IMG/VR virus record: IMGVR_UViG_3300033291_000001
Span: 1-55,923 of that record
Reading direction: 5' to 3' (one strand)
Source: a virus
Lineage: Duplodnaviria; Caudoviricetes
Length of the DNA: 55,923 nt
The position numbers were made by a program, and so were the translations under genes. Positions 34,369-43,910 of this stretch are shown here, one piece after another. The number at the start of each line of letters is the position of its first letter. Position 1 is the first letter of the stretch. The notes beneath the pieces were generated by a model. It ran no database searches and was not told the origin of the DNA. It saw nothing but the letters and a program-made list of their open reading frames with translations.

Positions 34369-36528
34369 TTACAATATGTTTAGTTTGTTATCAATCTTGT
34401 TAATGTTTTTCTTTTTAAGTCTCATAAATTGTCTCTTTGAAATACCAAAGTCATTTGCCAACATTGGTATTATGTCCTTGTCGGTATTAAATCTTAGTCG
34501 ATATCTACAATATGCACATATTATTTCATTTTCATCATACTTTTTTCGCTTGTCTTCCTTGAATAAATTTTCATTATCATAAGTATACACCTCCACTTCT
34601 TCGCATAAATTGTGTTTGCAATGCCTGTCTTTAATATGCTTTAAAATCGATCTAGTAACATCTATCCTGTCTTCTTTGTTTTTTGCTTCCTTGACATTGA
34701 TTACATTTGTGTTTACTCCGTATTTTTGCAAATATCCACTTAAATAACCTGAGAGTTCCGCTTCTTCTTCGAGATCTAAAAATAAAACAATAGCCTTATA
34801 TTTACAGTCACCTCTTAATATCCTTAGTGCTGACTGTGTTATATTTTTTTTCATAGATTCCATATAGTCTATTATTTTTATATCTTCATCTACTGTCGGA
34901 ATTATGCGCTCAACTATATCGATCTTTATATGGCAATCTTGAAAAACTGCAATATGATCAGAAAAGTTTGTACCTTGTGTTTGATTTCCTTTCTGATAAA
35001 CGTATGTAACGTTCTTATCGCTTCGATTAATTTCACTTGCTTCTCGACCAGTGTCAATTATTATATCTGCTATAACTGGATTTACGTTGCTATATGAGTT
35101 ATTTTCTTTATTGTCCTTTGCGAACTCTTGCACAACTTCTTTCTTGTTTGCTATAAAAAGTGTCTGCATTTCAATTTCGTCTTTTAACAGCTGAAAGAAC
35201 AGTTCCATGTCAGTGTCGCAGCTTGCCTTGTTTGGAATGACAAATATATCCATATTTTTAATTTTACAAGGAGTTTGAAATTGTCGATCTGTTTTTAGTT
35301 CGTATCCTAACGTTTCAAGTAGTCCTGGTGTAGCTGTAACATAATAGTTTTTTGCATCGTTAAAATCAAATTGCTTTTTTCGCACAATCATCCTAGTAAA
35401 ATATAGTTTTTTGCCTTCAGTTGAAAGTGTGTTGTAATAGTTTATCCATTGTTTTTTTGTCAAGTATTTCTTTGCAAAATCTATAACATCTTCTCTTGTA
35501 TCTAACACTTCGATAGTTTCGCAATACTTATCGCACACTTCTATTTTTTGAGTTATTAAAATTATTGAATCATTTATTTTCAAGAATTTAGACGTTATGC
35601 CTTCATCTTGAAATACATCTGTGTTTATTTTGCACCTTACAATTTCATCAAATCTCCTGAAGTAGTAATTATCTGCAACTTTTTTTCCACGTTTATTGCA
35701 GTAAGATATTTTTTTATCTGATATCTCTATTAAGTTATTTAATATAAGTGTTTTAAAGTCATATTTTCCGCCGATACTATGGCTAAAATATTTTATGCCT
35801 TCCGAGTTATTCTCCAGCTTTTTATTAAATGATTCATATGGAAGCTTGTAGTAATAGTCGCTATCAAAGTCGTCTTCTGCACATTCTTTGTTGTATTGCT
35901 CAACATATGCTTTATGGCAATACCTAAACGCATGATCTGCCATATATATTTGATTCCTGTTTTGGTCTACAAGATTTTTGCCAATATAAAAGTTTACACC
36001 AACAACTTCGAGCCCCATTTTGTGAAACTGATCAAATTCGTCGAAGACGCAAATTAGATTTTTGCCATTTTCTTTTAGATAATCTTGTATTTTATAACAA
36101 TTATTGTTATAATTGTTATCATGACCATGTGGAAAGAAATAAGCATGATTTGTTATAATTACTTTTGCGTTCTCAAGATCGTCAACTTTAAGCGGATTGT
36201 GTGTGTTGAGAATAGTAATTCCAAACTTCTTTAACAAAGTGGAATTATTTTTTTCAAACTTAAGTATGTTGTCGACCAAATCCAGATCTTCAAAATCTGT
36301 ATAGATTTTTAAGCATTTACAAACTTCTTTTATTATCCCGTTTATCAATGCATTAGACATAGTAGATACCAGTAAAACGTCGCTGGTATCTTGATATATT
36401 TTTTCAACCGATATACGGCCGCAACTATGTGTTTTACCTGTTCCGATCGCTATTATGTTTACTTTGTTTTCTACAAATATGTCATTTAATTCTTTTGACA
36501 TTGTAAACTTTATATTATTTTTTACCAT
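34369..36528 (-). CDS. SF2 helicase-like putative replication initiator with C-terminal HTH
   Basis: IGTGKT, IITNHAY, FDEFD, TATP, QGTNF, QSALRILR motifs; LANDFGISKRQFMRL HTH. Confidence 0.65.
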   Translation of the reverse strand: MVKNNIKFTMSKELNDIFVENKVNIIAIGTGKTHSCGRISVEKIYQDTSDVLLVSTMSNALINGIIKEVCKCLKIYTDFEDLDLVDNILKFEKNNSTLLKKFGITILNTHNPLKVDDLENAKVIITNHAYFFPHGHDNNYNNNCYKIQDYLKENGKNLICVFDEFDQFHKMGLEVVGVNFYIGKNLVDQNRNQIYMADHAFRYCHKAYVEQYNKECAEDDFDSDYYYKLPYESFNKKLENNSEGIKYFSHSIGGKYDFKTLILNNLIEISDKKISYCNKRGKKVADNYYFRRFDEIVRCKINTDVFQDEGITSKFLKINDSIILITQKIEVCDKYCETIEVLDTREDVIDFAKKYLTKKQWINYYNTLSTEGKKLYFTRMIVRKKQFDFNDAKNYYVTATPGLLETLGYELKTDRQFQTPCKIKNMDIFVIPNKASCDTDMELFFQLLKDEIEMQTLFIANKKEVVQEFAKDNKENNSYSNVNPVIADIIIDTGREASEINRSDKNVTYVYQKGNQTQGTNFSDHIAVFQDCHIKIDIVERIIPTVDEDIKIIDYMESMKKNITQSALRILRGDCKYKAIVLFLDLEEEAELSGYLSGYLQKYGVNTNVINVKEAKNKEDRIDVTRSILKHIKDRHCKHNLCEEVEVYTYDNENLFKEDKRKKYDENEIICAYCRYRLRFNTDKDIIPMLANDFGISKRQFMRLKKKNINKIDNKLNIL

Positions 36529-36531
36529 GGC

Positions 36532-36699
36532 CTACTCCTTTTCAACTGTTTCTCCAGTTTCTTCGTCGATTTTTTCAACAATTATTTTCCCATTAACAAT
36601 TTTTGCATCAACAAAATTACCTATCTCCATCATCTCTTTAACTTCTTTGTTAATCAACATGTAAAAACATCCATTGAGCTCCCGTAATTTAATCTTCAC
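36532..36699 (-). CDS. AbrB/MazE-like regulator upstream of initiator (not in ORF track)
   Basis: MKIKLRELNGCFYMLINKEVKEMMEIGNFVDAKIVNGKIIVEK; GTG after AAGGAGG. Confidence 0.7.
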   Translation of the reverse strand: MKIKLRELNGCFYMLINKEVKEMMEIGNFVDAKIVNGKIIVEKIDEETGETVEKE

Positions 36700-36730
36700 A
36701 ATATTAAACCTCCTTTATTAAAATATATAC

Positions 36731-36774
36731 TTGACTATATAGTACATTATACATTATAATAGAATGAGAGTCAA
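36731..36774. promoter_or_regulatory. Overlapping divergent sigmaA promoters for initiator and RecD2 operons
   Basis: Plus TTGACT-18-TATAAT (36731-36760); minus TTGACT-17-TATAAT (36774-36746). Confidence 0.75.
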
Positions 36775-36810
36775 GATATACAAAATCATATGAAAACGGG
36801 AGGCGTTGTT

Positions 36811-39021
36811 ATGACTAGCAAATCAGCGAAAAATACAACAAAAATAAATGTGGAAATAATTGAAGAGTTTTTTAATAGGGACGATTACAGTTGTTATAGT
36901 GCAATAATGGACGGTAAGAAAATAACTGTAAATGCTACAGGTTTTGAGTTAAGACCCGGCAAAACAACTTTAGTCGGAACAATGAAAACATATAGAGGTA
37001 ATCCAAGCTTTAAATGCGACTATGAAGAGTTTGACAGCACTTCATACGACAGCAAATATAATCTTCTATGTTCAATCAAAGGAATCAAAGATGCTACGGC
37101 AAGAAAAATACTTGATGGCATTCCGGACGCAGATCTTGAAATATTCTACAGTAAAGATGCTCCACAAATAAAAGGAGTTGGCAAATCTACAATAGCTAAA
37201 ATCCACGAAGGACTAAACTTTTTACGCGATAATCAAACATTAAAAACACTTATTTCTTTACTTGGGAATGGTTTAAGCATAAAAAGGATTCACAAATTAA
37301 ACATGTTATTGAAAGACAAGGACATTGCGGTTGAGGAGTTCAAACAAGATCCGTACTCAATTTTAATAGACGATATCGGAATGTCCTTTAAAAGGGTCGA
37401 TTTTTTAGCACAAGAAAAACTAAAATGTTCTAAAAATCTTAGATCTAGATTATTGTTTCTATCTGAGCAAATCGTAAAAATAATAACTGGCTTCGGCGAT
37501 ACATACACCGAAATCGATACATTTAAGGAAAAATTAGATTCTTACAATTTGCAATATAATAACTTGAACGATTTGATTAATTGTGACGATTCTAAAGTTG
37601 TCAACAATAATGGTAAAATCCAAACCAAACTCATGTCCGAAGCTGAAAGTAAGATACCTGAACTATTAAACGAAATGATTAACAACGACTCTGTTACAAG
37701 CTACGAATTGTCGAACGTGGACGCACTCATATGCGAATATGAATCCAACAACAATATTGTGTTGCATGATACACAAAAACAAGCTGTCAAATCTGCAATC
37801 AAAAACAACGTAAATATGATTTGCGGCGGAGCCGGAACAGGCAAAAGCACAATAATAAAATGCATTATATTTGTACTTAAAAGGTTAAACTACGCTGCAT
37901 TGTGTACGGCACCGACCGGAAAAGCAAGTAGAAGAGTAAGCGAAGTTACTCAAGAAAATGCATATACATGTCACAGATTTTACTTTGCAGAAGAGGATAA
38001 GGAGAATGCTCCAGAGTGGCATAACTACAAAAACAACATATTGATAATTGATGAGTTCAGCATGGTTGATAATATATTGTTTTACAAAGCATTGAAAAGC
38101 ATGGCTGAATCCAAAACAAATTTTACAAAATTACTTATGGTCGGTGATCCAGGTCAGCTGGCAAGTGTCGGAGCTGGAAATGTTATGGCGGATTTAATTG
38201 AATCCAAAAAGATTAACGTGATTGAATTAACTCACACATTCCGGCAGGCAGAAGGAAGCAAGATAATTGAAATATCTAAACTTGTAAGGAAAAATGAAAC
38301 TTTCGACTTAATAAAAGCAAAAGATTTTTTTGCAACTATCCAACCCAATCCAGCTGATTATATTTTAAGGTGTTGGATAGCCAAACATGATAAAGCAACA
38401 AATCTTGACGATCTATATAACGACTTCCAAATCTGCACATCAAGCCGAAAACGCTGCAATGAAATCAATGCTGCAATAAGAACTGAAATGGGAAATCGGA
38501 AAATTTTAATAGGCGAAAAAGATACAGGATTTTCATTAAACGATAAGGTTATGAACACTAAAAATGACTACAACAACGATATTTATAACGGTGAGTTCGG
38601 AAGAATATCTTCGTGTACATATACGTTCGGCGGTATGACTTATGATATAAAAACAAATGAAGAACTAAAAGAGTATTATGACAATAAAATATTTGGAAAA
38701 GATTTTAGATTTACAGTATATTACGCTGGACTAAATAAGCACGTAACATACGATCTATCGTTTGATGAACTTGAAAACTTCCAGTTGTCGTATTGCTGTA
38801 CTATACATAAACTGCAAGGCTCGGAATTTGAAACATGCCTTTGCGACATGTCTGAATTCAACATGATCACAGATGGAAGGCTATTGTATACAGCAATTAC
38901 AAGAGCAAAAAAACAATTTGTACTTGTGTCTAGCAACAAAGAAACAATTGATAAAATAGTTAGAAATAGAATAAGTTCGCGTAGAAAAACATTGCTTGTC
39001 GAAAAAATGAATGCAATTTAA
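36811..39021 (+). CDS. recD2: RecD2-like SF1B helicase
   Basis: N-terminal HhH (IKGIK, IKGVGK), GGAGTGKS, APTGKA, IIDEFSMVD, VGDPGQL, TIHKLQGSE, LYTAITRAK. Confidence 0.92.
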   Translation: MTSKSAKNTTKINVEIIEEFFNRDDYSCYSAIMDGKKITVNATGFELRPGKTTLVGTMKTYRGNPSFKCDYEEFDSTSYDSKYNLLCSIKGIKDATARKILDGIPDADLEIFYSKDAPQIKGVGKSTIAKIHEGLNFLRDNQTLKTLISLLGNGLSIKRIHKLNMLLKDKDIAVEEFKQDPYSILIDDIGMSFKRVDFLAQEKLKCSKNLRSRLLFLSEQIVKIITGFGDTYTEIDTFKEKLDSYNLQYNNLNDLINCDDSKVVNNNGKIQTKLMSEAESKIPELLNEMINNDSVTSYELSNVDALICEYESNNNIVLHDTQKQAVKSAIKNNVNMICGGAGTGKSTIIKCIIFVLKRLNYAALCTAPTGKASRRVSEVTQENAYTCHRFYFAEEDKENAPEWHNYKNNILIIDEFSMVDNILFYKALKSMAESKTNFTKLLMVGDPGQLASVGAGNVMADLIESKKINVIELTHTFRQAEGSKIIEISKLVRKNETFDLIKAKDFFATIQPNPADYILRCWIAKHDKATNLDDLYNDFQICTSSRKRCNEINAAIRTEMGNRKILIGEKDTGFSLNDKVMNTKNDYNNDIYNGEFGRISSCTYTFGGMTYDIKTNEELKEYYDNKIFGKDFRFTVYYAGLNKHVTYDLSFDELENFQLSYCCTIHKLQGSEFETCLCDMSEFNMITDGRLLYTAITRAKKQFVLVSSNKETIDKIVRNRISSRRKTLLVEKMNAI

Positions 39022-39400
39022 TTTATATAAACCAAAAAACAACGAGTCAGCGGCTAAGGTCGCTGACTCAAGAAAGGAGTGTCAAATGACAACTAATATA
39101 AATAAATCAATTAAGAGGTGTATTACTAAATATCGAAATACTAAGCAACCAAGTTACTTAATCGCAATAAGTAACTTATGGCACAAAAGACGATTGTTGC
39201 AAGCCGGAGCAGGTTGCATAGACGTAACAAAAGCAGCTATAAGGGCATATGGCGCATGTATACCATTGACTTACTCGCTTGAGATGAAACACAAAGATAA
39301 GTATATGCTTAAAAAATTAAATGATATCAGAATTCTAGAACCAGCATTGAATAGCCCATTACAAAGCATTTTATGGAAAGGAGATTGTAATGCAAATTAA
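39011..39400 (+). CDS. Hypothetical protein
   Basis: ORF in RecD2 operon; start may be MTTNIN. Confidence 0.55.
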   Translation: MQFNLYKPKNNESAAKVADSRKECQMTTNINKSIKRCITKYRNTKQPSYLIAISNLWHKRRLLQAGAGCIDVTKAAIRAYGACIPLTYSLEMKHKDKYMLKKLNDIRILEPALNSPLQSILWKGDCNAN

Positions 39401-39962
39401 TAAGCTCGCAGAATCCCAGAGAAAAAGCAAAATTATAAACCTCAAAGATTTCGTGCTGATAGTCGACAGTAAGGAAAAGGAAAACAGGCACATAGTCGAT
39501 TTCCTTAACCTCAACGAAGTACAATACACCGTCCAGCATTTATCGTTTGGTGATTATTCTTTTCTTTACCAGGGTAAATCGTTTCAATCCTTAATCGCAA
39601 TCGAACGAAAAAATTCGCTTGAGGAATTATCGGGAAATCTTTTTAAATGGCGCGAGCGATTCGAGAAGGAACACGAACGCGCGAAGTCCGCATATCGGTT
39701 TTACTGGTTGATTGAGCACGGCAGCATAACAGATATTTACAATGCTGCATACGAGGAGCACGCAAACAAGCACGGCGAACTTGTCAAGGCAAACGAAAAC
39801 GCTTTTATCGGCAAGGTGTTGTCAATGCAGTCAAAGTATAATTTGCAGATTGATTTTGTATCAAAAGACTTAATCGGTCGGCACATTATGAACATATTTT
39901 TTTACTATCTACGAAATGTTTTGAAAGGAGCTGATTGTAGTGGTTCAAGTGTCAATGTTTAG
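39390..39962 (+). CDS. ERCC4/XPF-family nuclease
   Basis: IVDSKE, LSFGDY, IERKNSLEEL. Confidence 0.88.
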   Translation: MQINKLAESQRKSKIINLKDFVLIVDSKEKENRHIVDFLNLNEVQYTVQHLSFGDYSFLYQGKSFQSLIAIERKNSLEELSGNLFKWRERFEKEHERAKSAYRFYWLIEHGSITDIYNAAYEEHANKHGELVKANENAFIGKVLSMQSKYNLQIDFVSKDLIGRHIMNIFFYYLRNVLKGADCSGSSVNV

Positions 39963-39996
39963 CAAGCATGACAGCTATTAAAAATCAAAAAGGAGA

Positions 39997-40338
39997 ATGA
40001 AAATGAATAAAAATATTAGAGATTTAGAAACAAAAATGGCGAAAGTTGCAGCCATAATATACGAAACACAACCTTCCAGAAGTCGCATAGGCGAGCGTAA
40101 AATTCCAATCGAGCTTAGGCTTGCATTTCTGAAAATGGCAGACGAAATAATGGAACAAGGAACACTGCAAGGCGTGTCACTTGTTAAATTTGTCGACGAG
40201 TATACAATCGCGTCACGACAGCAATGTTGTAAATTCTTTTTACAGGATGAAAAAGAACTTATAGAAAACTGGTGCGAATACGCTACAAAGTTTGTAATAT
40301 GGCCTAATAAAAAGCGAGGTGATAAAGTTGGACGGTAA
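39997..40338 (+). CDS. Hypothetical protein
   Basis: ORF with AGGAG RBS. Confidence 0.55.
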   Translation: MKMNKNIRDLETKMAKVAAIIYETQPSRSRIGERKIPIELRLAFLKMADEIMEQGTLQGVSLVKFVDEYTIASRQQCCKFFLQDEKELIENWCEYATKFVIWPNKKRGDKVGR

Positions 40339-40747
40339 AACACACTTTGCGATTGGTAGTATAGTTGCAATCGGCATAAGTTTTATCGACGTAAACGTCG
40401 GCTTAATAGCTGGTTGCATGATTGGATCATTGGTACCTGACATAGACAGTCCGGAGTCAATAATTAATAGCAAATTTCCACCGATTGGATTCATATGGCG
40501 GAAAATGAACAAATATTCTTTCTACTTGGGTAAACACGCACATAACGGTTTAAAACATAGAGGATTTATATTGCATTCGGTATGGACCGTTGTTGCATTT
40601 TTAATACTGTCTATAATCACACAAAGCGGGTTATGCCTAAGTCTGGCAATAGGTGTTTTAAGTCATCACGCACTAGATATGATAACGCCTGCTGGTTTAA
40701 GGTGTTTATATCCAAAAAATATAAATTTTATAAAGTTTAAAAAATAA
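40319..40747 (+). CDS. YdjM-like membrane metal-dependent hydrolase
   Basis: GKTH, GSLVPDID, HRGFILHS, SHHALD.ITPAG. Confidence 0.85.
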   Translation: MIKLDGKTHFAIGSIVAIGISFIDVNVGLIAGCMIGSLVPDIDSPESIINSKFPPIGFIWRKMNKYSFYLGKHAHNGLKHRGFILHSVWTVVAFLILSIITQSGLCLSLAIGVLSHHALDMITPAGLRCLYPKNINFIKFKK

Positions 40748-40748
40748 C

Positions 40749-40797
40749 TTGTATTTGTTACTGTTATACTGTATGATAGTAACTGTAGTTAAATATT
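40749..40797 (+). promoter_or_regulatory. Repeated promoter/operator, copy D
   Basis: TTGTAT-17-TATGAT; 48/49 identical to 42369-42417. Confidence 0.8.
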
Positions 40798-40816
40798 TAA
40801 GGAGGAGGTTTGGATT

Positions 40817-40960
40817 ATGGATATCGGAAACGAAAGCGACAACAAGCATTTGTCTGAAAGCGAAGTAAAAAAAATTAATAGCCTTGCTAAAAACAAAAGC
40901 TTGGATACGCGGCAAGCAGAACAAAAAAACGCAGAAATGAAAAAAATACTAGGAAAGTAA
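40817..40960 (+). CDS. 47-aa hypothetical protein (not in ORF track)
   Basis: AAGGAGGAGG RBS behind promoter D. Confidence 0.55.
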   Translation: MDIGNESDNKHLSESEVKKINSLAKNKSLDTRQAEQKNAEMKKILGK

Positions 40961-40991
40961 TTTTTAAATTATTTAGAAAGGCGGTGTAGAT

Positions 40992-41078
40992 ATGGGTGAC
41001 ATATTTTTAAGCGATGACGAGTTTATCGCAGCAGTAGAAGAAATTATCGCAAAAGAAGAAGTTGAAGGAAGTAAATAA
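40992..41078 (+). CDS. 28-aa acidic peptide (not in ORF track)
   Basis: MGDIFLSDDEFIAAVEEIIAKEEVEGSK, AGGCGGTG RBS. Confidence 0.4.
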   Translation: MGDIFLSDDEFIAAVEEIIAKEEVEGSK

Positions 41079-41130
41079 TAAGCTCGGCGGTGCTTTAAAC
41101 CGCCAATTTTTTTATTTGGAGGTTTAAGAT

Positions 41131-41625
41131 ATGGCAAAAAATATAGATGCAGCAGATATAAAAGATAACGTATTCGCTGCGCAAATACTTGAACATTTTT
41201 GTATATTGCCTAATAAAGCTAAAAAATATAATTGTCTGTGGCATGATGACTCGACGAAATCTATGGCAATTATACCCAGAAACCCGCGGCTAGCGCACTG
41301 TTTTGGGTGTGGCAAGACAGCGGATGTGATTGGGATATATATGATTCTATCAGGAAAAAGCTTTAATGAATCACTGGTAGAAATGAATGATATTTTTATG
41401 CTTGGATCAATTCCAAATACGAAAAAATGTTACACAAAAAAAGACTTTGAATTTAGGCAACACGACAAAGAACTTGATCGTAAAATATTTTTAATATTAT
41501 GCGATCTTGAAAAAGCATATGGTCGCAGGATATCAAGAGCTAGATATGCATCTGAGGTATTCGAGCTTTCGCGCGTCCAAAACAAAATATCATATGCACT
41601 AGATCTATTAACGGAGGTTGATTGA
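41131..41625 (+). CDS. Stand-alone CHC2 zinc-finger (primase ZBD-like) protein
   Basis: CLWHDD...HCFGCG; no Toprim domain. Confidence 0.8.
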   Translation: MAKNIDAADIKDNVFAAQILEHFCILPNKAKKYNCLWHDDSTKSMAIIPRNPRLAHCFGCGKTADVIGIYMILSGKSFNESLVEMNDIFMLGSIPNTKKCYTKKDFEFRQHDKELDRKIFLILCDLEKAYGRRISRARYASEVFELSRVQNKISYALDLLTEVD

Positions 41626-41628
41626 AAA

Positions 41629-41874
41629 ATGGATATGGAATCAAAGATTGACTTTAAGTCACTAACTGAAGAATATCAACAAAATGTGGAAAGATATTTC
41701 CGCGGCTTGTTGAAAAGATTAAAGTCGGCAGATGCTTATTTTAATGTAAATGCATTTGCTATAAACGACAAAAAAATTACATTAGCGCACAACGAAATTT
41801 TAGAAGAATTACAAAAATGCGCTGACGCCATGTCGGTCGGAAAGGCACGAAAAATTACAGATGAAATATATTAA
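41629..41874 (+). CDS. Hypothetical protein
   Basis: GGAGG RBS. Confidence 0.55.
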   Translation: MDMESKIDFKSLTEEYQQNVERYFRGLLKRLKSADAYFNVNAFAINDKKITLAHNEILEELQKCADAMSVGKARKITDEIY

Positions 41875-41896
41875 AGTGCCATATGGCACTTTTTTT
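41873..41896 (+). terminator. Intrinsic terminator
   Basis: AAAGTGCCATATGGCACTTT palindrome + T tract. Confidence 0.7.
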
Positions 41897-42041
41897 ATTC
41901 GTCCTTGACATAATTAAACTTTTTTAGCGCCTCAATCTCGCGTTCTTGCGACATTGGCTTTTTAACTTCTTCCTTGCTTTTTCCAACCCACGGATCGTTT
42001 TGATCTGCCCACTTATTAAAATCCATCCATACCTTGCCCAT
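41895..42041 (-). CDS. 48-aa hypothetical protein (not in ORF track)
   Basis: MGKVWMDFNKWADQNDPW..., AAGGAG RBS. Confidence 0.5.
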   Translation of the reverse strand: MGKVWMDFNKWADQNDPWVGKSKEEVKKPMSQEREIEALKKFNYVKDE

Positions 42042-42162
42042 AATTCAATCGCTCCTTTTTTCATTATAGTACATTGTACAATATAGCAACATAAACTACA
42101 ATTGCATTTGTTGCTACTTTAGCGTATAATAGTAACATAAACTAAAAAAACGAGGTGACAAA

Positions 42163-42360
42163 ATGAACGAGGCATGGAATAAGATATACAAAGATAGAAA
42201 AAATAAAGAAATAAAATATACGCAACCGCTCCAGATGCGGTTTTGCGAAGAACAGTGGAGCGAAATAAGCAATTTAGTATCCGAATTGGAATTTAAAAGC
42301 AAGGCCGATTTTGTAAGAAAGTCGGTCGATAACTACATAAAATACTTAAAAAATAATTGA
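42163..42360 (+). CDS. Ribbon-helix-helix regulator
   Basis: PLQMRFCEEQWSEI...SKADFVRKSVDNYI; TTGCAT-17-TATAAT at 42102-42130. Confidence 0.75.
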   Translation: MNEAWNKIYKDRKNKEIKYTQPLQMRFCEEQWSEISNLVSELEFKSKADFVRKSVDNYIKYLKNN

Positions 42361-42368
42361 TGACACTA

Positions 42369-42417
42369 TTGTATTTGTTACTGTTATACTGTATAATAGT
42401 AACTGTAGTTAAATATT
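42369..42417 (+). promoter_or_regulatory. Repeated promoter/operator, copy E
   Basis: TTGTAT-17-TATAAT inside near-perfect 27-bp palindrome 42377-42403. Confidence 0.8.
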
Positions 42418-42436
42418 ATTTTTGGAGGCGTTGAGT

Positions 42437-42760
42437 ATGAAAATTATGAAGGCAAAGGAAGGACAATTAAATTTGCTTAGATCAATGATTGAGGACCTAG
42501 ACACAGAATTTGATTATGGAAGCATGAAATTTACAAGGCTTGAAGATTTAAGCATCAAGCAAGCAAGCAATCTGATTTCGCTTAACAAGGATTTATATTA
42601 CCTTTGTCTTGACGAAGGCCAGTGTACACCAAGACAATATAATGTTTTAAAGCATATTGCTGGCGATAGACTTAAAACACCGCGATATTTAATTGGACAC
42701 ATAGAAGCGCAAAACTTTATTAATAAATATAGAAAAATAGCAAATAAAAAATGTAAATAA
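42437..42760 (+). CDS. Hypothetical protein with duplicated short helical motif
   Basis: GQLNLL..LSIKQASNLI / TPRQYNVL..IEAQNFI. Confidence 0.55.
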   Translation: MKIMKAKEGQLNLLRSMIEDLDTEFDYGSMKFTRLEDLSIKQASNLISLNKDLYYLCLDEGQCTPRQYNVLKHIAGDRLKTPRYLIGHIEAQNFINKYRKIANKKCK

Positions 42761-42779
42761 AAATAAGGAGTGATACAAG

Positions 42780-43490
42780 ATGAGCGAAGCACTATCGTTT
42801 AACAAACGTATTAGTTTATGTAAAAAAAAGGTTTTTGACGGCGTTACATCATCGGGTGAACTTGAGAAAATTGCAGGTTCAAGAGACAGCGGACATTATT
42901 CACTTGAAACAATTTACAGTTATCTTCATCCTGCATGTGTCGAAAATGATATAGATCTAGACGCTGTCATATGTGAAAAAAATGTAAATTGTATATGGAC
43001 AGATTGTTTGGACGACTCAAAACCTCCCAAACTTATTGCGGTTGATTTTTCAGAACTTGTCAATTTAGGAAAGCTGCCCTTGATGCAAAACATGTATCAA
43101 TCGTGGGGTGCAGGTGCTAGCTATAAACGAAGATATGCATTAACGGCAGTATTGGGGCTTCCGGCAACAGATAAGATCGACGGTGCTATGCCGCAAGATC
43201 CTCAAAATCCAAAGCCGCCGCAAAAGCCAGTCATGAGCGAACAGGAATCAAAAGACTTGTCTAAGTTGCAAAATATTTTGTATTTAGCAGCTGGAAAAGA
43301 CAAAAAACAAATGGTTTTAATCCTAGAAGAAATGACGGCATTTGAGGGAAAAGACGGAAAACAGATAAAAGGATTAACGGACTTTGCAAAGTTAAAAGGC
43401 AAGCGACTTGAAGTAGCTTTAAAAAAAGCAATTGAGTTATTCAAGTTTGAAACTAAGCAAGTTGAACAAAAGGAAGGTGGCAAGAAATGA
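42780..43490 (+). CDS. ERF-family single-strand annealing protein
   Basis: QSWGAGASYKRRYALTAVLGL. Confidence 0.82.
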   Translation: MSEALSFNKRISLCKKKVFDGVTSSGELEKIAGSRDSGHYSLETIYSYLHPACVENDIDLDAVICEKNVNCIWTDCLDDSKPPKLIAVDFSELVNLGKLPLMQNMYQSWGAGASYKRRYALTAVLGLPATDKIDGAMPQDPQNPKPPQKPVMSEQESKDLSKLQNILYLAAGKDKKQMVLILEEMTAFEGKDGKQIKGLTDFAKLKGKRLEVALKKAIELFKFETKQVEQKEGGKK

Positions 43491-43852
43491 AAATAATAAG
43501 AAAATTTGAAAGAGAAATTGAGTGTGCCGGATGCGGCGCGCTCTTGCGCTATAACAGACAAGATATAAAAGTTTGGAAGGACGACAGTACCGGACTGATG
43601 CGATTATACATAAATTGCATCAGCTGTAAAAGCGAGTTAAGAGTACATATAGACGGTATTCCGAAGCTAATTTATGATGCGCGTTATAAGGAGTACGAAA
43701 AGCTGTTAAACAGTTTTAAATATACCTCGGAATTTGGATACATTCCAAGATCAGATCTTGAAAAAAAAGAAGCAGACAAAAAGGAACTTGAAAAGGAATT
43801 GTCTGCAAGTAGTAAATCCGATGCAATTGCAGAAAGTGAAAACAATAACTAA
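43487..43852 (+). CDS. Zinc-ribbon hypothetical protein
   Basis: CAGC...CISC. Confidence 0.55.
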   Translation: MKIIRKFEREIECAGCGALLRYNRQDIKVWKDDSTGLMRLYINCISCKSELRVHIDGIPKLIYDARYKEYEKLLNSFKYTSEFGYIPRSDLEKKEADKKELEKELSASSKSDAIAESENNN

Positions 43853-43853
43853 A

Positions 43854-43906
43854 AATTATCCCCGGTAAATAAAGTATTGTTAATATTCTATTTACCGGGG
43901 ATAATT
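43854..43906. terminator. Long inverted repeat between convergent genes (also a paired CCCYRGTAA site)
   Basis: AATTATCCCCGGTAAATA...TATTTACCGGGGATAATT. Confidence 0.6.
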
Positions 43907-43910
43907 CTAT

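Noticed and set aside
34235-34582. 115-aa plus-strand ORF over hairpin 2
   Set aside because: Overlaps origin hairpin and antisense to initiator; no RBS
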